From NCBI GenBank assembly GCA_964460605.1, contig CAYWPT010000001.1, positions 33,548 to 97,547 on the forward strand: DNA of 64,000 bases, in the 5' to 3' direction. Under the pieces are notes generated by a model that saw nothing but the letters and a program-made list of their open reading frames with translations, had not been told where the DNA came from and ran no database searches. Origin of the DNA: an uncultured Methanosarcinales archaeon (GTDB taxonomy: Archaea > Nanobdellota > Nanobdellia > Woesearchaeales > GW2011-AR9). Position numbers and translations under genes: made by a program. Shown here piece after piece: positions 1-10,468 of this stretch. Numbering within the stretch: the stretch's first letter is position 1; every line of letters starts with the position of its first letter.

Positions 1-253
1 TAAATAGAATATTGGCTTTTTTGTTCTCTCAAAAATAATATCATCAACTTTTGTTTTTGTTTTGTTTGCAAATACCTGTAGAATATTCGCGAAAAGATAC
101 TGGAAAAGCTTTGCTAATACCCCAGTAAGCACTAAAATTGTAAGAGCTACAAGATAGTCATTTTGGAATAAAAAGATGTGCTGGTTCAAAGCTACAAAGT
201 TACTGATTGTCTCATTTAACATGATAAGTCAAGAATTGATTCTGTTTATAAAA

Positions 254-1033
254 TTAATTAAAAAAATCTTTCAAACTAAACTTTTTCTTCTTCTTGGGAA
301 TATTTCGTTTATGCTTTCGAAGCATTACATCAATTTCTTTCTCTACTCCAAGCATATCTGGATACATTCGTTCAGCTTTTCTAAATGCAGTCGAATGATA
401 TGAAGCCCTCCCGGCATTATGTTCAAATTTGAAATGCTTGTGCAATAATTCATGATACATCAGAAAATCTAATACTCTTTGTGAAGCATCTTTAAAAACT
501 GTACTCACCGTCACTGTATTATTTTGAAAATTATAGCAAGCTAATTTACGAGTAGAAGCCCTACCCCAAGTCAAATTTGGAATATCCATTGCATTTGAAA
601 AGAATTGATTATTCACACGATTAAATGACTTTTCCAAATGAGGGTCTTTTTTATTCACTTCAACAAATTCGTGGATTCTTTTCAAAAAATTATTATACAG
701 ATCAATATTCAAAAAAGAAATCCCACTTTTATCTTTAATTTTAAACACTCTAAGAAGTAAAGATTGTACTAGACCAATTTTAATCTCATCATTAATATTT
801 TTCCACTGTAAGTTATATCGTAAACGAATCTTATAAGGTGTCACAAAAATATTAGCATTAAAATCCTTAAGTCTCAAAGAATACTCTTCCTCAACTTCAT
901 AATTAAATTTACGATTAGGAAACAACCTACGAAATGACTCTTCGACCACCATTAAAAATAAATTATTTTTGTAGAATAAAAACTTTTCCAGCTTAATGAA
1001 TAGGGAACCTAAGAATTGCAGCAAGACCACCAA
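254..1033 (-). CDS. DUF45/YgjP-like zinc metallohydrolase (M48-related); true start probably the internal Met near 952
   Basis: C-terminal block 'WGRASTRKLACYNFQNNTVTV...LDFLMYHELLHKHFKFEHNAGRASYHSTAF..MYPD' matches the DUF45 core (WGSCS..., HExxH, MPD); N-terminus overlaps the aRF1 3' end. Confidence 0.6.
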   Translation of the reverse strand: MVVLLQFLGSLFIKLEKFLFYKNNLFLMVVEESFRRLFPNRKFNYEVEEEYSLRLKDFNANIFVTPYKIRLRYNLQWKNINDEIKIGLVQSLLLRVFKIKDKSGISFLNIDLYNNFLKRIHEFVEVNKKDPHLEKSFNRVNNQFFSNAMDIPNLTWGRASTRKLACYNFQNNTVTVSTVFKDASQRVLDFLMYHELLHKHFKFEHNAGRASYHSTAFRKAERMYPDMLGVEKEIDVMLRKHKRNIPKKKKKFSLKDFFN

Positions 1034-2096
1034 GATTTTTCAACTGTACTCCTTCACGAGTATCTGTGGAAATAATTTTCATGCTAGAGCCACCATCTTG
1101 TGCCTTTTCTTCATAAGCAAATACTTTTTCTTCAGGTAAACTCTCACTTACCAACAATAAATCAACTGCGCTCATCTCTAAAGCTTTTGCAACTTCAGCT
1201 TCACCATAAGCAGCTTTGCTAGGATTATTGAGCAACATTTTCAAAAATTTCTGCATGGCTTCTTTCTCTTGTGCAACTTCTTCGGCAGCTAATAAATCGG
1301 AAGATTTCTCAAGTAATTCTTGTAAACCAAATTCACCAGTATAAGATAAATCCTTAGTTCCAAGAATCTTTTTCTTAATATCTCCAGTTAAGTATTCATA
1401 ATTTAAAAAACTTTGAACAGTTGTTCCCGGACCACCCACAATTATTCCTTTCAAATTAGTTCCAATTGGTAAAAATTGTTCTTTCATATATTCTGCAATC
1501 TTCTTAAAATGTTCTTTGTATGCCCCTTCACGAATACGTGCGAAACGCTGAGCACTCTGCCCACCAGCTTTTGTTTTTCCTGGAACTTCTGAATGTGTGG
1601 TTTGTAAAATTTCAATCTTCTTACCTTTAAGCAAAGCAATTGAAGCATCCCTTCTATCTAAAACAACTAAACCATAAGTAGTATCATCAATTAAGTATTC
1701 CTCTAAAATGTCAGTTTTGAAAGCTTTATCACACCTATAGATTCTCGTGTTCAAAGGTATCTTAGGTTCATAACTCCACACTTTGAAATCTTGTTTTCCT
1801 TCAGAAGCTGCAACGTTCCCACAAAAAACAGCAATACCATTTTCAGGAGTCCTCCCAATACCTTTGAGATGCACTAACATTTTCTCTAAAGCTGCTTGCA
1901 CATTTTTTCTGGTCACAGCTGATTTAATATTAGAAGCAGTACCCTTTTCATCAGATAAATGAGCAATAATTTTGTCCATGTTATATCCTGCTGGAACGTA
2001 AACAGTAACAAACTCTGTGTGCATAGCCCTATGAGATTTTAATTCTTTTAAGAGCTTCTTTAAGTACAATCTGTCCCTACTATTCATTATTGCCAT
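993..2096 (-). CDS. prf1: peptide chain release factor aRF1
   Basis: NIKS decoding motif (TASNIKSAV) and GGQ motif (GGQSAQRFARIR); 367 aa, typical aRF1 length. Confidence 0.9.
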   Translation of the reverse strand: MAIMNSRDRLYLKKLLKELKSHRAMHTEFVTVYVPAGYNMDKIIAHLSDEKGTASNIKSAVTRKNVQAALEKMLVHLKGIGRTPENGIAVFCGNVAASEGKQDFKVWSYEPKIPLNTRIYRCDKAFKTDILEEYLIDDTTYGLVVLDRRDASIALLKGKKIEILQTTHSEVPGKTKAGGQSAQRFARIREGAYKEHFKKIAEYMKEQFLPIGTNLKGIIVGGPGTTVQSFLNYEYLTGDIKKKILGTKDLSYTGEFGLQELLEKSSDLLAAEEVAQEKEAMQKFLKMLLNNPSKAAYGEAEVAKALEMSAVDLLLVSESLPEEKVFAYEEKAQDGGSSMKIISTDTREGVQLKNLGGLAAILRFPIH

Positions 2097-2193
2097 AATA
2101 TGCCTTTAGTATATTTTGGCTTCCAGTCATCTTTGATTACTGATAGCCATATTAAAGAACTAATATTGATGTGCTTTTATAAAGATTTAGATA

Positions 2194-2748
2194 TCATTTA
2201 AGACCTGGATTTCCCATAATTAAATTCTTAATTTGTTTTTCTATTACACTACTTTGTACAGAATTTGAGATTGGACCTGCAATAGCCCCTAATTTTCCGT
2301 TTAACCCCCTTGCAATGAGCCTAATGTGTTTTTTGTTTTCATTAGATAGATCTAATTTTTGGTACAATTCCTCCACTTCAGGAAGTAAATGTTTAGAAAT
2401 CTCCTGACTAAGCTCATGCGCAAAAGATAAAATTTCTTGTTCTAAAGCTGCCGCGTTTTTTAATGCATTTAAAGCCCTTTCTGGATAGTCATAATATAAA
2501 ATTTCTGAAACCCTCATTAATTTATCGTAATTCTTTCTCTTTTTTTCAATAAGTTTAATTTGCTTATGGAGCTTTACTAACTCTTTTCTAATTTTTTTCT
2601 CAAGATCTAATTCATTTAATGCTTCATCTTCAGCCAAAGAAATATCCCTTAACATTGACATAAAAGCCCTTCCGACATTTCTAATAGGAATATCTTTAGC
2701 TTTAGCTTTCTTTTCTTCACCCATTCTTCCAAAACCAATTTTTCCCAT
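2194..2748 (-). CDS. hypothetical coiled-coil protein
   Basis: 184-aa ORF, charged and helical, with no motif I recognise. Confidence 0.3.
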   Translation of the reverse strand: MGKIGFGRMGEEKKAKAKDIPIRNVGRAFMSMLRDISLAEDEALNELDLEKKIRKELVKLHKQIKLIEKKRKNYDKLMRVSEILYYDYPERALNALKNAAALEQEILSFAHELSQEISKHLLPEVEELYQKLDLSNENKKHIRLIARGLNGKLGAIAGPISNSVQSSVIEKQIKNLIMGNPGLK

Positions 2749-2785
2749 AGTATACCTAATAAATTAAATATTTATATAATCTCCC

Positions 2786-3289
2786 TTAATCTAGAGCTTG
2801 CTTCACCCGAGCAACGATATCTTTTTGCTTCAAAGTTTTAGCACTATCAAAGGTAATTATATCCAATTTCTTCTTCTGAGCTTCCTCTAAACAGGTTTCA
2901 AAGATTTCAGCATCCATATTATCTTGCACTTTCCCTCTAGAATAGCCACGTTCCTGAAGTCTTCTTTTCAACTTTTTCAAATCTGAACAAGTGATAATTA
3001 TTGCAAGAGAAATCATGGGCTTAGGTAACAAGTGCGCGACATGGCTATCAAAAACAAATAATTCCTTATCACTTTCCTTAACAAATCTCTTAATTCCTTT
3101 AGCTAACTCTTTCATATCCAAATCATAACTTTTTTTTGAACGATTATAACCCAAATTAATCCTTTTATTCTTCCTCATCAGCTTGTGCCAATCAATATGC
3201 GTAAAACCTAATCTCTTAACCAGAACAGAAGTGAGTGTAGATTTTCCAACGCCAGGTGTTCCAGAAACAATAATTAATTTCTTACTCAT
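2786..3289 (-). CDS. adenylate kinase isoenzyme 6 / Fap7-like P-loop kinase
   Basis: N-terminal P-loop 'IVSGTPGVGKST'; ~165 aa; overall pattern of archaeal AK6 (ribosome-biogenesis NTPase). Confidence 0.65.
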   Translation of the reverse strand: MSKKLIIVSGTPGVGKSTLTSVLVKRLGFTHIDWHKLMRKNKRINLGYNRSKKSYDLDMKELAKGIKRFVKESDKELFVFDSHVAHLLPKPMISLAIIITCSDLKKLKRRLQERGYSRGKVQDNMDAEIFETCLEEAQKKKLDIITFDSAKTLKQKDIVARVKQALD

Positions 3290-5043
3290 TTTGAAAGCTT
3301 ATGAGCCACCTTTTTTGGTTTAGCTTTACTTTTTTGTTTTATCTTAAACAACTTCCCTTTAAGTTCAGCTTTTTTCTTTTGCACTTTGCTCAACTTCTTC
3401 CCACTTGCAACTAAAGTGTCCATCATCAATAATATGAAGAACAAGAAGATACCATAAGCAATCAAAATACCAACATCATCTAAGATGCCAATAATGTTTA
3501 CACCAAAGATGAATACTTCACGAATTAATTTTTCTGTAATAACAAAAGGATTCAGTGAAATAAATTCACGAAGTCCAGGAGACATACCTTCAATTGGTAA
3601 AATAATCCCTGATAAGAATAAAAATAAGCTACCCGTGGAGATACTAGCTAAAATCCCTGTCTCTTCTGTGGTGAACAGATAACCAATGATCATACCCACT
3701 AAAGTAAAAAGTGTTGCCGATAATAAGAGTACAAAGAATAATAATGGGAATTGAGCAATAGAATCATAAAGAAAGAAAACAGAAATTATCAAAATAATAA
3801 ATAATTGGAATGCCAATAATAATACGTTACTCAAAAGAGTAGCTAAAACAAAAGTTACCTTTTTTACAGGGATCAAAAAGTTTCTTACATACGCTTGAGA
3901 GGTTTTTTCCATCATTACTAAAGTATCACCAAGCATGATAGCTAAGAACATAACAATTAAAGCCAATAAACTTGGGAAGACATAATTCAAGTTAGTTTTT
4001 TCTTCACTCACTGTTTCAATTTTTGTAACTAATGGGTTTGTGATAGTCCCAGTATCAGACACTGAAAATGCACTCAGTTCTGTTTTAATACCTTCTAAAT
4101 CATTTGAAATTGCATCCAAACTTGCACTCATATCAGTCAGAGTTGTACCTACTTCAGCAACATCAGCACCTGCTTGATCAAGAACCACATTAGCTGAACT
4201 AATTTCTGCTTGCAGAGTATCTAAAATATTTTTCACTGCTTGATAAGTAGAAGTACCATTGTTGCCAAACAATGCCAAAGCTTCATCTAATTCTCTTTCA
4301 ATATCTCCTAATTCTGAGAGTGCAGTTGTTTTTCCGGAACTATCATCCAGACCGTCAACAGCTGTTTGTGCAGCTTCTACAGCAGAAGAAGCAGTCTTAA
4401 TCTTATCTTCCATATTCGCTTGGAAGTTGTCTAAAATCCCTTGATCATAACTTGAATCAAGAACGACATCAGTTAAACTTGAAGATACAGTAGAAGTTGT
4501 GCCTGCCGCAGTATCACTATATTCTCTAAGTGTTCCTAATTCTCCTTTTTCAACATCAATGCTTCCTTGTGCAGTACTAATTTGAGTAAAGATATCAGTT
4601 ACAATATCTTGAGAAAGTTCTTGTGTTTTCAAATTAAACTCATTTCCTAAAGATTCTTGGATAATCCAAACTAAATTAATCCTACTCTGATCAATATAGA
4701 AAGTTACCTCCTTTGGCGTATTATCTGTGACCTGGAATGAATTCGGTACAGAAACACAAGCATGTACAAAATTTGTAGCAATATCACTTTTACAATCGTT
4801 TAAATTAACATAAGTAATCACTTTGAAGTCTTGTTCTTGCAAAGAATCAATTAATTGTGTTACATCGTCTCCAAAACTGTCTGCATGAATTCCAATGTTT
4901 AATCCAAAAAATGCTGAACTATTATAACTCAGACCGATTAAAAGAATAATAAGTAAAGGAGCAAAAATAACTATGAGTGCTGAACTCTTCGCCCTTAACA
5001 GTAAACGAATGTTTTTCTTTACTAATAAAAATAATTGTCCCAT
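3286..5043 (-). CDS. ABC-2 family transporter permease with YhgE/Pip-like extracytoplasmic domain
   Basis: N-terminal TM, then ~330-aa S/T/D/A-rich helical ectodomain, then C-terminal multi-TM ABC-2 permease region; directly downstream of an ABC ATPase gene. Confidence 0.6.
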   Translation of the reverse strand: MGQLFLLVKKNIRLLLRAKSSALIVIFAPLLIILLIGLSYNSSAFFGLNIGIHADSFGDDVTQLIDSLQEQDFKVITYVNLNDCKSDIATNFVHACVSVPNSFQVTDNTPKEVTFYIDQSRINLVWIIQESLGNEFNLKTQELSQDIVTDIFTQISTAQGSIDVEKGELGTLREYSDTAAGTTSTVSSSLTDVVLDSSYDQGILDNFQANMEDKIKTASSAVEAAQTAVDGLDDSSGKTTALSELGDIERELDEALALFGNNGTSTYQAVKNILDTLQAEISSANVVLDQAGADVAEVGTTLTDMSASLDAISNDLEGIKTELSAFSVSDTGTITNPLVTKIETVSEEKTNLNYVFPSLLALIVMFLAIMLGDTLVMMEKTSQAYVRNFLIPVKKVTFVLATLLSNVLLLAFQLFIILIISVFFLYDSIAQFPLLFFVLLLSATLFTLVGMIIGYLFTTEETGILASISTGSLFLFLSGIILPIEGMSPGLREFISLNPFVITEKLIREVFIFGVNIIGILDDVGILIAYGIFLFFILLMMDTLVASGKKLSKVQKKKAELKGKLFKIKQKSKAKPKKVAHKLSK

Positions 5044-5104
5044 TTTAATTATTTATCCTTAAAATGGGGCTCAAAAATTTCTTAATTTTTGTTTGTCCCA
5101 TCTT

Positions 5105-6154
5105 TTACTCTTCTTGTGTAACCGCTTCGAAAATAGTTTTCAATTTCGGTTGTGATACATCTAATGTGTTTAATGAAAGATCATTTTGGTCTATATATGA
5201 TAATAACATTTCTGCTGTTTTGTTAAAATTACTTGTCTCAAGAAGGATATGATTTCTTCTATCAATAATTTTGCTTACCGGAAGGTTCTGTACAAACCCT
5301 AACATTTGTTCATGATTTTTCCCAGTTTTTACTGTAATCACACTATCTTTATGCAAATAAGGACCTCTTAAACTATCTAAAGAGCCATTTTCTTGCAACT
5401 GACCTTTATGTAAAATTGCAACTTTATTACAAATCGCTTCAATACTCTCCAAATCGTGTGAAGCCATAACCACAGTGATTCCTTGTTTGTTTACTTCTTT
5501 AATCAAATAAAGGATTTCTCTTTTCAGATGTGGGTCTAAATTCATCACTGGCTCATCTAAAACTAATAATTTTGGTTTATGGATTAAACTACAAGCAATA
5601 TCTAAACGCTTCTGCATACCACCAGATAATTCTTCAGCTAAATAATTTCTATAAGCGTACAAATCTGTAAATTTGAGAAGGTTCATGGCATTTTCTTTAA
5701 GTACAGATTTCTTTAAGCCATACATTTGTCCAAAATGCATAAGGTTTTCCATTACAGACAACTTAGGATAAAATGATAATCCTTGTGGAGTAAAACCAAC
5801 TTTCTTTCTAATATTAAAACCATGATCTTTGAGATCTCTTTTTTTTCCAGTAGAAGTTGTATACTCTACCCTACCACCTTCAAAGTCTAAAAAACCGACA
5901 ATTACATTTAACAAAGTAGATTTCCCACTACCTGAACGTCCAATAACACCGTAGATGTCACCCTCATCAATACTCAAATTTACATTGTCCAAAATTTTCT
6001 TATGAGAGAACCTTTTAGACAAACCATTCACTCCTAACAATTCCACGACAAGATTAAGCTTTTTTTGTTTATAAATGTTTTTACATAGCTTATTGATAAA
6101 ATAACTCTTATCCTCCACAATCTTTAAATACCCTTCAAGAAAAATATGCTCCAA
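5105..6154 (-). CDS. ABC transporter ATP-binding protein
   Basis: Walker A 'GRSGSGKST', signature 'LSGGMQKRL', Walker B 'LLVLDEP'; extra C-terminal domain. Confidence 0.85.
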   Translation of the reverse strand: MEHIFLEGYLKIVEDKSYFINKLCKNIYKQKKLNLVVELLGVNGLSKRFSHKKILDNVNLSIDEGDIYGVIGRSGSGKSTLLNVIVGFLDFEGGRVEYTTSTGKKRDLKDHGFNIRKKVGFTPQGLSFYPKLSVMENLMHFGQMYGLKKSVLKENAMNLLKFTDLYAYRNYLAEELSGGMQKRLDIACSLIHKPKLLVLDEPVMNLDPHLKREILYLIKEVNKQGITVVMASHDLESIEAICNKVAILHKGQLQENGSLDSLRGPYLHKDSVITVKTGKNHEQMLGFVQNLPVSKIIDRRNHILLETSNFNKTAEMLLSYIDQNDLSLNTLDVSQPKLKTIFEAVTQEE

Positions 6155-7050
6155 TGTTGAAAAATATCAAAAAGTTTTACGAAAGTAAATACAAAGCACT
6201 TTTAATCATACCATTCTTAGTATTATTACTGGCTGTTGGACAAATCGCTTTGCAAACTTCAACTACAGGAGATTTTGTAAATAAAGGTATCAGCTTAAAA
6301 GGTGGTTCCAGTATTATTTTGTATGAATCTTTTTCAGTAGATGAATTATCTAGCTTAGAAAATGCATTACACAATAGGTTCCCTTTAGCAGAAATTGAGA
6401 TTAGAGAATTGAGCTCTGCTGGGCAACAAATTGGTATTGCTATTGATGCAGATGCTCAAGAAACAAACGAAATTGAAGCTTTGAGTGTAGCCATCTCAGA
6501 GATAACAGACATTGATACAGGAGAATTTAGTATTGAAGTTGTTGGTTCAAGTTTAGGTGAGAGTTTCTTTACACAAACTATGCTTGCATTATTAGTAGCT
6601 TTTAGTTTAATGGGAATCGTAGTATTCTTTTACTTTAGATCTTTAGTTCCTAGTTTAGCAGTTATCTTAGCAGCTTTCTCAGACATCGTAGTTACCTTAG
6701 CTATTTTCAATATGACTGGAGAAAAACTAAGCACTGCTGGGATTGCAGCATTCCTTATGTTAATTGGATATTCAGTAGACAGTGATATCTTATTAAGCAC
6801 TAGAATGCTAAAGAAAAAAGGAGACATCATGGAAAGAGTATACAGCGCTATGAAAACTGGGCTTACCATGTCAGCTACAACCCTCTCTGCTGTTTTGATT
6901 GCTTTCACACTTGTAAAAAGTGAAATTGTGAAACAAATTATGCTTATTTTATTCATTGGTCTTTTAGTAGACCTTATAATGACCTATCTTCAGAATGTGG
7001 GAATTTTGAGATTGTACCTTGAAAGAAAGGAGAAAAAGAAGAAAGAATGA
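6154..7050 (+). CDS. secF: protein-export membrane protein SecF
   Basis: ~300 aa, N-terminal TM plus periplasmic domain plus 5 C-terminal TMs; ATGA overlap with downstream secD. Confidence 0.75.
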   Translation: MLKNIKKFYESKYKALLIIPFLVLLLAVGQIALQTSTTGDFVNKGISLKGGSSIILYESFSVDELSSLENALHNRFPLAEIEIRELSSAGQQIGIAIDADAQETNEIEALSVAISEITDIDTGEFSIEVVGSSLGESFFTQTMLALLVAFSLMGIVVFFYFRSLVPSLAVILAAFSDIVVTLAIFNMTGEKLSTAGIAAFLMLIGYSVDSDILLSTRMLKKKGDIMERVYSAMKTGLTMSATTLSAVLIAFTLVKSEIVKQIMLILFIGLLVDLIMTYLQNVGILRLYLERKEKKKKE

Positions 7051-8672
7051 AACGTGTTGAAAAATTATTAAGAAATGTACGAGTAATAATTTTAATCATC
7101 TTTTTAGCACTCTCTTTGGTAACAATCTTTTCAATTGATCCTGGAAACTGGACTGCAGAAGGTGTTTCTATTAGAGCAGTAGAATTTAACAGCTCAGCTG
7201 CAAACGCTGGTTTAGAAAACCCATCAAATACTGATCAACCCTTAGATAGAGAAGTAATTGAAAAAATTGATGGAAAAAGAATAACAAATCTTGACGATTA
7301 TTATAATGCAGTTAATAATTTAGAAGGTGGCCTTACAGTGAGAATAAAAACTGACAAAGGCGAATATATCTTAACTTCTGATAAAGTAGATGAAAATAAC
7401 ATTACTTATTTAGGAATTAGTGTAGAAGATGTTCCACATAACAATTTGAGAAAAGGTTTAGATTTAGCCGGTGGAACAAGAGTATTATTAGCTCCTGAAG
7501 AAAAAGTAAGTCAAGAAGATTTAGATTTAATTGTAACAAATTTACAACAAAGATTGAATGTATACGGGTTATCTGATGTTGTAATTACTACAGCAAAAGA
7601 CCTTGCCGGGAGTAATTTTATTCTAGTTGAGATTGCTGGTGCAACTGAAAGCGAAGTCAGAGAATTATTAGCACAGCAAGGTAAGTTCGAAGCTAAGATT
7701 GGAAATGAAACTGTTTTCAATGGTGGAGACAAAGATGTAACTTATGTGTGTAGAAGCGCAGATTGTTCAGGTATTGATCCACAAAGAGGTTGTTATGCCA
7801 ATGGTGGCGGATACGGTTGTTCATTCTTCTTTAGTATAAGTTTGAGCACAGACGCTGCACAAAGACAAGCTGACGTTACAAGCCAACTGAATATTCTCAG
7901 AGAAGGCACCTATACTTATTTGAGTGAACCACTTACATTATTTTTAGATGATGTTGAAGTTGACTCTCTGCGAATTGCTGCAGACTTACAAGGAAGAGCA
8001 GTTCAAGAGATCCAAATTACTGGATCTGGAGAAGGGATTACCCAAGAGGATGCAGTAAATGATGCTCTAAAAAATATGAAGCAATTACAAACCATTTTGG
8101 TTACTGGGAGTTTGCCAGTAAGTTTAGAGATTGTAAAAATGGATACCGTAAGTCCAAGTTTAGGTGATGAATTTTTGAGCAATATGATGCTCGTAGGACT
8201 TTTCACAATCCTAGCAGTAGTGACCATTGTATTTTTACGATATAGAAAAATCCAAGTTGTACTTCCAATGATTTTGATCGTACTCTCAGAGATCGTTTTA
8301 ATCTTAGGATTCGCAGCACTCTTTAAGTGGCAATTAGATTTAGCAGCTATTGCAGGGGTAATTATTGTAGCAGGTACGGGTGTAGATCATTTAATCATTA
8401 TTACAGATGAGACCATTCGTGGTGAGAAGATCCATAGTATGAAACAAAGAATCAAGAACGCCATGTTTATTGTAATTGGCGCTTACTTGACAACTGTTGC
8501 TGGAATGGTACCATTATTATGGGCTGGAGCAGGATTGTTAAAAGGATTCGCTCTTACAACCATTGCAGGTATTTCCTTTGGAGTATTAATTGCAAGACCA
8601 GCTTATGCAGCTATCATTGAAGAACTTCTAGAAGAAGATGACGAGTTAGAAACATCAAGTAAAGAAGAATAA
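7047..8672 (+). CDS. secD: protein-export membrane protein SecD (carries a Cys-rich insertion)
   Basis: 541 aa, N-terminal TM, large ectodomain, C-terminal 6-TM SecD/SecF core; insertion 'CRSADCSGIDPQRGCYANGGGYGC'. Confidence 0.8.
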   Translation: MKRVEKLLRNVRVIILIIFLALSLVTIFSIDPGNWTAEGVSIRAVEFNSSAANAGLENPSNTDQPLDREVIEKIDGKRITNLDDYYNAVNNLEGGLTVRIKTDKGEYILTSDKVDENNITYLGISVEDVPHNNLRKGLDLAGGTRVLLAPEEKVSQEDLDLIVTNLQQRLNVYGLSDVVITTAKDLAGSNFILVEIAGATESEVRELLAQQGKFEAKIGNETVFNGGDKDVTYVCRSADCSGIDPQRGCYANGGGYGCSFFFSISLSTDAAQRQADVTSQLNILREGTYTYLSEPLTLFLDDVEVDSLRIAADLQGRAVQEIQITGSGEGITQEDAVNDALKNMKQLQTILVTGSLPVSLEIVKMDTVSPSLGDEFLSNMMLVGLFTILAVVTIVFLRYRKIQVVLPMILIVLSEIVLILGFAALFKWQLDLAAIAGVIIVAGTGVDHLIIITDETIRGEKIHSMKQRIKNAMFIVIGAYLTTVAGMVPLLWAGAGLLKGFALTTIAGISFGVLIARPAYAAIIEELLEEDDELETSSKEE

Positions 8673-8674
8673 GA

Positions 8675-9166
8675 TTATTTTTTTCTCGCTAACTTTCCAA
8701 TAACACTAGGAGATAATAAGAAGATTGAAAAGATGATAGCTAGTAACCAAGGATTATGAGTTTCATTAACAATTTCTAAGCTTGTAATTAAACTATTGCT
8801 CACTAAAACCATAACCACAATGTTTACAAAAGCAATTACTGGGATTGCAATCATTGCTAAGATATGATGTTCTTTATCTAAGTGCCCAATATCTAAAATT
8901 AAATAATTGTATAAGAATCCCATTACTAAAGCTAAGATTACTACAAACAAATAGAGGAGCAAAGGACTGATTAAAATTGAGATAAACATCAAAGCAAAAG
9001 CTGACATTATATTAGCGAATACTATCAATAATAAAGCGCTGTAGAAGACAATTTTAGAAAAATGTATGTCATGTTCAGTAACACGCTCAAGGCTCTTCAT
9101 AGCTTGTTTTACTTCCTTCTCATGCCAACCCTTCTTTTTCAAAGTTTCTCGTAAATTCTTCTTCAT
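8675..9166 (-). CDS. hypothetical polytopic membrane protein, cotranscribed downstream of minD-like
   Basis: charged N-terminus then 4 hydrophobic helices; 3-nt spacing from the MinD-like gene. Confidence 0.4.
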   Translation of the reverse strand: MKKNLRETLKKKGWHEKEVKQAMKSLERVTEHDIHFSKIVFYSALLLIVFANIMSAFALMFISILISPLLLYLFVVILALVMGFLYNYLILDIGHLDKEHHILAMIAIPVIAFVNIVVMVLVSNSLITSLEIVNETHNPWLLAIIFSIFLLSPSVIGKLARKK

Positions 9167-9168
9167 TT

Positions 9169-9882
9169 TTAATGTACATTACACAAAAATTCTGCTAATT
9201 GTTGGTATTGTTTAGCAGATCTGCTTCTTGGATAGTGAAATTGTAAAGGCACTTGATTGTGGACAGATTTTTTTATTTTATTATCTCTATACACATTTGC
9301 AATTACATGTGCTCCTAAAATTTCTTCAACTTCTGCTGATGCCATTTCATGACTTCCAAACCAAGAACTCATATTCAATAAAACTCCAGGGATAGTATTA
9401 TGCATAGAACGTGCTAATTCAATAGATTTTACAGCTTCCATCAAACTACTATTAGTTGGGTTTACCACAGTTAAAGCTTCGTCTGTGTGCTCTAAAATCT
9501 TTTTGAGATCTTCTCCTAATCCAGAGGGAGCATCAACTAAAACAAAGTCCGCAAGACCATTGAGATGGTCAAATATTTTTCCCAATTTTTCTTGATCTGT
9601 GTTTTTGAAAATATTGTATGAACTTGAAGCTGGGATAAAAGCTAAACCAGAATCATGTGTATGGATAATCTCATGAATAGAATTTTTCTTTTCTAGAAAA
9701 TGATTAAGACTTGTCTCAGCATCAATTAGTCCTAAGTGTAAACCAATATTTGGAGTTACAAGATTAGCGTCAACGATAAGCACACTTTTTCCATGATTCA
9801 TCAAAGCATGCGCCAGATTGATTGTAGAAGTGGTCTTTCCAACTCCCCCTTTACCAGAAATTAATGCAATAAATCTTGTCAT
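9169..9882 (-). CDS. MinD/ParA-family ATPase (archaeal MinD-like)
   Basis: deviant Walker A 'ISGKGGVGKTT' and overall MinD architecture; 237 aa. Confidence 0.8.
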   Translation of the reverse strand: MTRFIALISGKGGVGKTTSTINLAHALMNHGKSVLIVDANLVTPNIGLHLGLIDAETSLNHFLEKKNSIHEIIHTHDSGLAFIPASSSYNIFKNTDQEKLGKIFDHLNGLADFVLVDAPSGLGEDLKKILEHTDEALTVVNPTNSSLMEAVKSIELARSMHNTIPGVLLNMSSWFGSHEMASAEVEEILGAHVIANVYRDNKIKKSVHNQVPLQFHYPRSRSAKQYQQLAEFLCNVH

Positions 9883-9943
9883 CTATCTTACCTCAAGAAT
9901 AATAGAAACAATATCTGTATTTATACTTTACTATAACAAAGGA

Positions 9944-10450
9944 TTACTCTTCTTCTTTTACAAATCCAAGAAGCTTCTTAGAATAATGGAAATATTGATG
10001 TACAAAATATTCACAAGTCTCTAAACTATCAATGTTGATCGCACAGGTCCTATCTTCTAGATGAAATAACATGCCCACATGTCTTCTATATTCATTGATT
10101 TTCTCATAATCTTTTTTAAGAAGATCTTTAAGGAAGAAATAAAAGTTTAAGAATTTCAACATTTCCTTATCTTCTTCAAAAACTTCAGATAATTTTGTTG
10201 CTTTGAGAGCTGGACTTTTTGGAATTCTATCAATTTTATCATTCTCTTTAGCTCTAATCATATGTGAATGAATAAGAATGTCATAAAAGCTTACAAAACG
10301 TAAAACTGCATTTCTTAAAACGTCGGTAGTCCTCGTATATTTTAGACTTACATAAATAATGTGTTCAACACGCTTCAGTTCTTCTCTGCTTTCAAAAAAA
10401 TACTCTTCTACTGTTGTATATTCTTCCATTGATAGTTTATCCCCATACAC
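9944..10450 (-). CDS. hypothetical protein
   Basis: 168-aa ORF with no motif I recognise. Confidence 0.3.
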   Translation of the reverse strand: MYGDKLSMEEYTTVEEYFFESREELKRVEHIIYVSLKYTRTTDVLRNAVLRFVSFYDILIHSHMIRAKENDKIDRIPKSPALKATKLSEVFEEDKEMLKFLNFYFFLKDLLKKDYEKINEYRRHVGMLFHLEDRTCAINIDSLETCEYFVHQYFHYSKKLLGFVKEEE

Positions 10451-10468
10451 CCCTACTACTACACTGTT

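Noticed and set aside
3485-4444. Plus-strand ORFs 3485-3682 and 4259-4444 inside the ABC-2 permease gene
   Set aside because: They lie antisense within a well-supported long CDS and have low-complexity translations, so they are most likely spurious
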